A stretch of 14,165 bases of DNA from Candidatus Methylomirabilota bacterium (lineage in GTDB: Bacteria > Methylomirabilota > Methylomirabilia > Rokubacteriales > CSP1-6): the NCBI GenBank assembly GCA_046726415.1, contig JBKPAK010000004.1, forward strand, positions 1-14,165, in the 5' to 3' direction. The notes under the pieces were generated by a model. That model was not told the origin of the DNA and searched no databases. It saw nothing but the letters and a program-made list of their open reading frames with translations. This document shows positions 8,243 through 14,165 of the stretch, one piece after another. Position 1 is the first letter of the stretch, and each line of letters opens with the position of its first letter. A program made the translations under genes and the position numbers.

Positions 8243-9097
8243 TCATCGTGCGTCCTTGCGGCGCATCTCGCGGATCGCGTCTTGAGTGCGCCGATCAGCT
8301 CGTCGTCGGGACGGCCGCCAGGCGCCCGGCCCCAATGTGGCACCGTGAACGCCTCGGGCACGTGGCGGTACCGAGACGGGTTGCCGTCGTAGTCGGGGTC
8401 GATCGCGATCGGCACGATGAACGTGCGGCCCCCAGGGGGGATCCTATTCGCTCGTTCCACCGCCTCGCGCCACTCCACGAGGAGGAGTGGGCTCTCCTTC
8501 AGCCGGTAGTTGAGCCACTCCGGGAGGCGTGCCGTCTCAGTGAGCAGGGTTGCAGCCACTCGAGGATGTCCTCGTCGTGCAGGGCGTACTGCGGGGTCGA
8601 GGACGCTTTGCCGAAGACCTTGAACACCACCGTGTCGTCTTCCGGGGTGCGCGCGCGTTCTCCTCCTGCTCGCCCGTGGACTGGTTGGGCGAGAACTCGC
8701 GCGTGCGCGCTTCGGCGCCGAAGCGGACCCCGTTGAGGGCGCGGGCGAGGAGCGAGTCGAACGTCGTGCCGATGAAGACACGGAAGTCGCCGATGCCTGC
8801 GAGCTGGCGCAGTGCCTCCGGCGGTTCCGGATTCAGATCGGAGAGGAGGTCGTTGACCACCCGGTAGAGGCGCTGGGCTTCACCGCGCCCGGCCAGGTCG
8901 CTGCGACGGCGTCATCAAGCGCGGATTCTGGCCCCCAGTCGACCTTGAGCTGATACCGCGCGGCGATGCGTTCGCCCAGGAGCCGCGAGAGGGTCACCGG
9001 CCGATCGCCATCCTGGACCCTGACGAGCTCCGGCCCGGAGCACCCGCTCTTTCAAGTGCCCGAGGATATCGTCCCAGAAATCCTCGCGTGCGGTCAC
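8243..9097 (-). pseudogene. Degraded SIR2-like + TIR protein (about 5 frameshifts and a probable large internal deletion)
   Basis: GTG 9097 with GGGAGG RBS. Stitched frames: VTAREDFWDDILGHLKERVL / GPELVRVQDGDRPVTLSRLLGERIAARY... / LYRVVNDLL...ALRQLAGIGDFRVFIGTTFDSLLARAL... / VVFKVFGKASSTPQYALHDEDILEWL / LPEWLNYRLKESPLLL // VEWREAVERANRIPPGGRTFIVPIAID...VPEAF / DAIREMRRKDAR*. TTFD and FKVFG match SIR2-like motif positions; EW...FIVPIAID matches a TIR C-terminal half. Confidence 0.75.
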
Positions 9098-9368
9098 CCG
9101 GCCTCCCTCTCGGATCAACAGATTAGCGCAGGACGCCAATTCGACCAGGGGCCCCAGAATGGACCCAATAGCATCAACGAATTCGGGCATCGGAGGGCTG
9201 GCGTGGCACACCCCGAGAGCCCTCGGCCCGCCTGCGGCGGCCGCCTGGCCTCGGTATGAGGATGCCGGGCCGGTCAGTCCTTCGGCAGTCGTCCGCAAAG
9301 CGTCGCGCTTGTCGTGTCGACGAGCTTTTTGTGCGCACGTCTCGATACGCTCCTCCTTTTTCCAGGGA

Positions 9369-9388
9369 GTGATGTCAAGTAACATCAC
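9369..9388. promoter_or_regulatory. Perfect 7-bp inverted repeat GTGATGT-N6-ACATCAC in a divergent intergenic region (candidate operator)
   Basis: Arms at 9369-9375 and 9382-9388, in a locally AT-richer patch ~40 bp upstream of the + strand gene at 9430. Confidence 0.3.
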
Positions 9389-9429
9389 GCTCGAGAAGGA
9401 CGGGCGACAGGCGGGGTAGGAGGTGATGT

Positions 9430-9969
9430 GTGGTCATCGCGGTGGCCGGCCGGCGCATCGATGCGGCCCATGCGAAGGCTCCGCGCTTTCCGCTGCACAA
9501 CGTGCCGATCGTTGAGCGACGGCTTGGTGAGTTGTTCGAGCGGGAAGCCGCGACGGCCCTGGTCGGCTCCGCCGCGTGCGGAGCTGACCTGGTGGCATTG
9601 AGGGTGGCGGGCGTGCGGGGAATGCGCCGCCGCATCGTGCTTCCCTTCAGTCGCGATGAATTCCGCGCGACCTCAGTAGCTGATCGGCCTGGGGACTGGG
9701 GCCCGGTGTACGACCGGGTCCTGGCCGAGCTAGTTCCGACCCGCGACGTGATCATCCTCGAAGGGCGCAGCAAAGAGAACGATCCGTACCTGGCGGCCAA
9801 CGAGGTTATCTTGCACAATGCAGCAACGCTGGCTCGGGAGTCGAACGCCAAAGTGCTGGCCGTCCTTGTCTGGGAAGGAGCGCCACGTGCCGCCGACGAC
9901 GTCACGGCCGCCTTCGGTGACGAAGCCTGTAGACGCGGCTGGCGCGTGGAGGAGGTGAGGACGCTGTGA
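9430..9969 (+). CDS. Stand-alone SLOG-like (YpsA/DprA-fold) putative nucleotide-binding protein (179 aa)
   Basis: GTG start with AGGAGG (9418-9423) 6 nt upstream. Motifs VIAVAGRRID...PRFP, GSAACGADL, RRIVLPF, LVWEG parallel the C-terminal domain of the 680-aa protein (VILFAGHRID...PRFP, APGGDILF, CLPM, LALWDG). Confidence 0.8.
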   Translation: MVIAVAGRRIDAAHAKAPRFPLHNVPIVERRLGELFEREAATALVGSAACGADLVALRVAGVRGMRRRIVLPFSRDEFRATSVADRPGDWGPVYDRVLAELVPTRDVIILEGRSKENDPYLAANEVILHNAATLARESNAKVLAVLVWEGAPRAADDVTAAFGDEACRRGWRVEEVRTL

Positions 9970-9977
9970 GGCCGTTT

Positions 9978-11162
9978 TTAGATCTCGACGGCCGCCACCT
10001 CCGGCAGATCGAAGCCGGCGGGGAAATCCGCGGCATTCACGTCACGCGCGGCCGCCAGGACGCCAAGCTTGTGTAGGTACGACATGTTCTCCGGCGCATC
10101 CATCGCGCTCAGCGATGCGATCCTGTTGGCCTCAGGGGGCACCGGATCAAGCGCGCGCACGCTGTCGGCCCTAAGATCGACGTTGTAGCGCAGGTAGCTG
10201 AGGGCTGGAACGCTACCGGCAAGGTCCTGCCCCAGATCGCCGAGCTCGAGATCGATCTGGCGGGCCGTGCGGCTGCTCGACATCCACTGCAACAGCATCT
10301 CCTGCAGTAGGGCACAGTCCTCCATAAGGGACAGGAGCGCCTTGAGCGCGCCCTGCGCGGCGAGCTTCGAGGGTTTCACGCTCGGATCCGATGCGCCCGT
10401 GCCCACCGAAACCACCAGAAGCTTGTCCGCCCCTGTCGGCCAGCCGATCCGGTAGCCGCCGAGCGTGGCATACATGACAGCTATCAGCGCCGGGTTGTTA
10501 AATGGGCTGATGCCACCATCGATGAACTCGCCGACGACGGGCGCCGCGCCGGGCGTGCTCCCGATCGTGATAGGCTCTGGCTCGAAGTACGATGGGGCAG
10601 CGGTGGATGCTCGCACAACCTGCCAAAGCGGGTAGTCGCTGTTGCCGATGGTCCCGCCGACTCGCGCCGCGAAGTACTTGCCGCGAGGATTGTTGCTGAT
10701 CGGCCACCAGCTCCCGGTGTCGATTCGCTTGGTGACCAGGAGCAGGCCCGTCTCGATCTTGTCGCTGCCCAGGGTCGTCTCGGGCCCGTAGACCTTCTGG
10801 AGCTCGTCGATCAGACGGCTCTCGTCGTACTTGGCGCGCAGCACACCCTGCCGGAAGAACGTCTTTTCAAACACCCGTGAGCCCAGCTCCATGTACTTCG
10901 CGCGGATCTGCTCGACGGACCAGCCAAGCGAGACGGTCGCGGCGATAATGGCGCCGGTAGAGGTGCCTGCGACGAGATCGAAGTAGTGGCACAGCCGGAA
11001 GTCGGGGCTGTCCCCGTGCCGTTCTCGCAGAATCGTCTCGATCCGCTGGAGGATGGCGAGAGTTAGGATCCCACGCAACCCGCCCCCGTCGAGCGCGAGG
11101 ATCCGCTTGGGCTCACCGTCATTACTCAGGTGCTGGTCGCGACTTCGTCTCACGTGCGGCAT
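9978..11162 (-). CDS. Patatin-like phospholipase (394 aa)
   Basis: ILALDGGGLRG glycine loop, catalytic GTSTG, RASTAAPSYF, and DGG motif. ATG 11162 preferred because AAGGAGG lies 6 nt upstream; the track start 11198 is an alternative. Confidence 0.93.
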   Translation of the reverse strand: MPHVRRSRDQHLSNDGEPKRILALDGGGLRGILTLAILQRIETILRERHGDSPDFRLCHYFDLVAGTSTGAIIAATVSLGWSVEQIRAKYMELGSRVFEKTFFRQGVLRAKYDESRLIDELQKVYGPETTLGSDKIETGLLLVTKRIDTGSWWPISNNPRGKYFAARVGGTIGNSDYPLWQVVRASTAAPSYFEPEPITIGSTPGAAPVVGEFIDGGISPFNNPALIAVMYATLGGYRIGWPTGADKLLVVSVGTGASDPSVKPSKLAAQGALKALLSLMEDCALLQEMLLQWMSSSRTARQIDLELGDLGQDLAGSVPALSYLRYNVDLRADSVRALDPVPPEANRIASLSAMDAPENMSYLHKLGVLAAARDVNAADFPAGFDLPEVAAVEI

Positions 11163-11181
11163 GGGGCGCCTCCTTGCATCT

Positions 11182-13224
11182 TCATCCGACATCGTCATTC
11201 GAGAGCAGCTCGTGGGAGTCGATGCGCCTCACATCGACGACACCGGCGTGGCGCGCCAGCTCGACCATGTCCGCCGTCCCGCCGCGGTCATCCCCCGTCG
11301 GCTGGCCGTCCCACAGGGCCAGCAGCGTGATCCGCTTGGCACCGGCGGCCAGCCCCATCTGGAGGACCCAGCGATTCCCCCGCTCCCAAACGTTGATCGA
11401 CGTGCCGGCCAGCCAGCGTGGGAGACCCTCCTGGTCGGTCAGTTCAAGTACGTCGCAGTTGCGCTCCCGATTGCGGTTGAGCAACGCCAGGAACCGGGAA
11501 CGCCAGTCGTCGACATCGTCGCTGAACATGTGGGAGGAGTACTTGTCCGCTGGCATCGGGAGGCACGGAAGGCTGCGAACCCCAAGCTCGTTGCACACTT
11601 CGTGGAAGAGAATGTCGCCGCCAGGCGCGGCGGGGGCGAATCCGAGCATCTGCATGTCGTCGGAGACGAGCTTGGTCAAGGCATCGCAGATGAGGCGCTT
11701 GGCTCGATCACCCTTGCTGGCGGGAAAGCGGGGCTCAGGCCGGCCGGGACGGTCGATGCGATGGCCAGCGAACAGAATGACGTGCAGAGGTTTCGGGGGA
11801 GGTTTGCTGGACCCGGCAAACTTGCGATCGACTTCCGCCATGACCTTCTCCGCGCGGCCGGCTCGAACTCCGAGGTCGGCGAAAAGCTGGAGCTGGCCTC
11901 TGGCCGCGTCCCACACGAACGGCTTGTCACGGGGAATGGTGTCGCGATAGCGGCTGACGACCCGCTGATCGTTCTGATCTGTTAGGAACAGCACGTCCCC
12001 CTTGCTCACCTCGGGCCAAATCCGGTCCTTGTGGTTGGCCGGCAACTGCGCCAGGGCCCTGTCGACGGAGGCCGAGACGACGTGTCGCAGCGCTGCGACG
12101 TCCTGGACGAGCTCCTGCCGATACCGGTCGGCCTGCGCATCGTCGTCGAACGTCGACTTCCAGGTCTCAACCGTGTCCGATAGATCGAGGAAGATCGTGC
12201 CCATCTGGAGTGCGGCCAGCCCGGACCAGAAGTGATTGAGATCCTTGGCGAACGCGGCTCGATAGGCATCGAAACTTTTGCGCAACGACTCAGTCATCCC
12301 GGACGACCGGCGCTCCTCGACGGACGCCAGGTCCGCGAATTCCAGACGCCAGCGCGTCTTTAGATTACGCCCCTGCAGCGCAAACGCTTCCACCTGGTCT
12401 CTGCCAGCAACGTCCTGGCGCCTGAGTATGCGCTCGATGGCTTGATCGGATAGAGCGAGCAGTTCGGGCTTCCTCTCGTCCCTGTACAACCGCTCGTAAA
12501 CGTTGACCAAGGCGAGGTTGGCTTTCACGTTCTCCGGCTCGACCGCTCGAATGGCCTCGAGATTTTCCCGGGCGCCCGCGTAGTCCTTAAGGTCGCACTG
12601 GCTGTCCGCGACCAGCTGGAGGCCCGGACGCTCGAATGGGCGACCACGGACCTCCTGCGCGAGGAGTCGCAGCCAGCCCTTGGAGTTCGCGGCCTGGGCC
12701 CGGTTGACCTCCTCCCGGAAGTCGAAGGGGACGAACTGACCTGAGGACGGATCGGCCTCCAACAGTTCGGGAAGCATGGTGAAGATCGGGCTGTCGCTGC
12801 GTCGATCGCTCTGCAGCGTGGCACGGATCGACTGCACGAGCTTGGCCTTCGCCCCCTGATCGGCAAGGTCATAGGAAATATATCGGTCGGTGAGCAGATC
12901 GAACGGAGGTGTGTCCGCTGAACCGACGTGCTTGATGACGAGCGTGCTCTTTCGCCGTAGCGCGTGGCGAATGCCGAGCTCGTAGAAGACGTTCGCGTTC
13001 AGCAGCGTGATGTCACAGACCACCAAGTCGGCCGCGAGGATGAAGGAGAACATGTCCTCGCGTATGTTTCCGGCATCGATGATCTCGCCAGTGGTGGATC
13101 CCGCAAGTCCCGCTTCGCTGAGCGCCGGACCGATCAGATTGGCATGCACCGCCTCAAAATCGAACTCCCGGCCGGCAGAGTCCTTCTTCCTTCCAAATGG
13201 GCGGATGACGAATGCACGCGCCAT
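11182..13224 (-). CDS. Deoxyribohydrolase/NDT-like domain + TPR region (DUF4071/MAP3K TRAF-binding/TPR-S-like) + C-terminal SLOG-like domain (680 aa)
   Basis: ATG 13224 with AGGAGG 5 nt upstream. N-terminal AFVIRPFG...ADLVVCDITLLNANVFYELGIRHALR...PFD, then SDSPIF; helical TPR-like middle (ALQGRNLKTRW, YRAAF..DLNHFWSGL); C-terminal (~11790-11182) FAGHRID, APGGDILFHE, LALWDG, GGTADMV. Confidence 0.88.
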   Translation of the reverse strand: MARAFVIRPFGRKKDSAGREFDFEAVHANLIGPALSEAGLAGSTTGEIIDAGNIREDMFSFILAADLVVCDITLLNANVFYELGIRHALRRKSTLVIKHVGSADTPPFDLLTDRYISYDLADQGAKAKLVQSIRATLQSDRRSDSPIFTMLPELLEADPSSGQFVPFDFREEVNRAQAANSKGWLRLLAQEVRGRPFERPGLQLVADSQCDLKDYAGARENLEAIRAVEPENVKANLALVNVYERLYRDERKPELLALSDQAIERILRRQDVAGRDQVEAFALQGRNLKTRWRLEFADLASVEERRSSGMTESLRKSFDAYRAAFAKDLNHFWSGLAALQMGTIFLDLSDTVETWKSTFDDDAQADRYRQELVQDVAALRHVVSASVDRALAQLPANHKDRIWPEVSKGDVLFLTDQNDQRVVSRYRDTIPRDKPFVWDAARGQLQLFADLGVRAGRAEKVMAEVDRKFAGSSKPPPKPLHVILFAGHRIDRPGRPEPRFPASKGDRAKRLICDALTKLVSDDMQMLGFAPAAPGGDILFHEVCNELGVRSLPCLPMPADKYSSHMFSDDVDDWRSRFLALLNRNRERNCDVLELTDQEGLPRWLAGTSINVWERGNRWVLQMGLAAGAKRITLLALWDGQPTGDDRGGTADMVELARHAGVVDVRRIDSHELLSNDDVG

Positions 13225-13298
13225 ACGCACCTCCTGCCGAATGGCTCAACGGGGGTTCCTGCCATCCCTTTCAGTCCGGAAGGACCGCAGCCGGCGAG

Positions 13299-13327
13299 AT
13301 TATAGCCCACCTACCAAAGTCAGTCGT
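13299..13327 (-). promoter_or_regulatory. Candidate sigma70-type promoter for the 680-aa gene/patatin unit
   Basis: Perfect TATAAT on the minus strand (13304-13299), ~75 bp upstream of the ATG; the -35 at 17-bp spacing is poor (ACGACT). Confidence 0.35.
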
Positions 13328-14046
13328 GCACCTGCAGCTCTTTCGCGCGGGCGGCGCCCCTCTACAACCCGAAGCTCTTCGTCGCTTGCGCCGGCCAGAC
13401 ACGCCCATCCTCGACCTGACCACGGGCGAGCGGACCGCCGTCGCGCGGTTCGCCGCCGTCCTCGGCGCCTCGAACTACACCTACGCCGAAGCCAACCTCA
13501 CTCAGCAGCGGTCCCAGAATAGATCAGTCACCTGCCCGCCTTCGCCTTGCCCGGCGGCGTCACCGCGGCTGTGGTTTGCGATCAGCTCTTAGAGCGGCGT
13601 CGTGATCTTGTGTCGCTACGAGCTGGGCCTGCAGCGCACTGACGAGGAGCTCGCCCAACACTAAGGCGCGGTGATCGTGCCCGCACGGCACCCGCATTGC
13701 CGAGCTCGTCACCGCCGTCAAAATCCGTACCAGGCGCCTCTACCGGGCGAGCCGCCGGGATCTGTTCGAGCGCCTCGGACCGAGTCGCGCTCCGCCCCAC
13801 CCCACAGAACCCTTCGTCTAGGGCGAATGGAAGACCGCGCGGGTCGGACCACCACATCGAGATGCACAGTCACTACTACTCCGTGCACTATATGCTCCTG
13901 CACGAGGTCGTCGAGGTCCGCGCCAGCGCGAGCATCGTCGAGATCTTCCACCGGGCCAGCGCGTCGGAGCCCATCCCCGCAGCGATTTCCGCGGACACCA
14001 CACCACCGACCCTCCCATATGCCCAAGGCGCACCAGCGCCACCTTG
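13310..14046 (+). mobile_element. istA: IS21-family transposase (IstA) pseudogene remnant
   Basis: Fragments across frames: KLFVACAGQ, ILDLTTGE...FAAVLGASNYTYAEA, GGVTAAVVCDQL/SGVVILCRYELGLQRTDEELAQH*GAVIVPAR, SRRDLFERL, EWKTARV, DHHIEMHSHYYSV...VEVRASASIVEIFHR, MPKAHQRHL. Multiple frameshifts, stops and deletions; no istB or terminal repeats seen. Confidence 0.88.
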
Positions 14047-14165
14047 CAGCTCGCGCCGAGAGACGTGCCAGCAGCGAGTCAGCTCGGCCTGCATTTGCCG
14101 GTTGCGTACTCGATCATCATGACCGCCTCTTCGGGGGTGTGACTCCGAAGATCCGGCACCGCTCG

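Noticed and set aside
2850-9430. A DGR template repeat or reverse transcriptase in the intergenic gaps
   Set aside because: By eye, no AAC-rich second copy of the 3385-3495 segment and no RT (YxDD) gene; a computational self-alignment would be needed to fully exclude it.
9978-11162. CBASS (capV) or Thoeris assignment
   Set aside because: No CD-NTase in the window and no intact SIR2-SLOG or TM-macro ThsA; only shared domains.
14079-14165. Possible 3' end of a minus-strand gene (RAVPDLRSHTPEEAVMMIEYATGKCRPS*) and CTTCGG..CCGAAG hairpin
   Set aside because: Only 29 codons visible at the window edge, no motif; cannot be supported.

Overview
High-GC window dominated by a minus-strand cluster that looks like a bacterial immune/conflict island. 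From right to left: a degenerate IS21 istA remnant (~13310-14046); a 680-aa deoxyribohydrolase/NDT-like + TPR + SLOG-like protein (13224-11182); a patatin phospholipase (11162-9978); a convergent stand-alone SLOG-like gene on the + strand (9430-9969); a frameshifted, internally deleted SIR2-like/TIR pseudogene (9097-8243); an IS3 remnant (~7675-7915); a protein with one canonical TIR and two further TIR-like domains (7253-5739), translationally coupled to an nSTAND1-type NTPase-TM-FGE/C-type-lectin protein (5742-3364). The last ~35 codons of that protein show the NNC codon pattern expected of a diversity-generating-retroelement (DGR) variable repeat, but I found no template repeat or reverse transcriptase in the window. 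The left end holds a large secreted FecR-domain protein with ~103-aa tandem Gly/Ala/Ser/Thr-rich repeats (2843 to <1), absent from the ORF track because it runs off the window. All family calls are by motif recognition, not database search.
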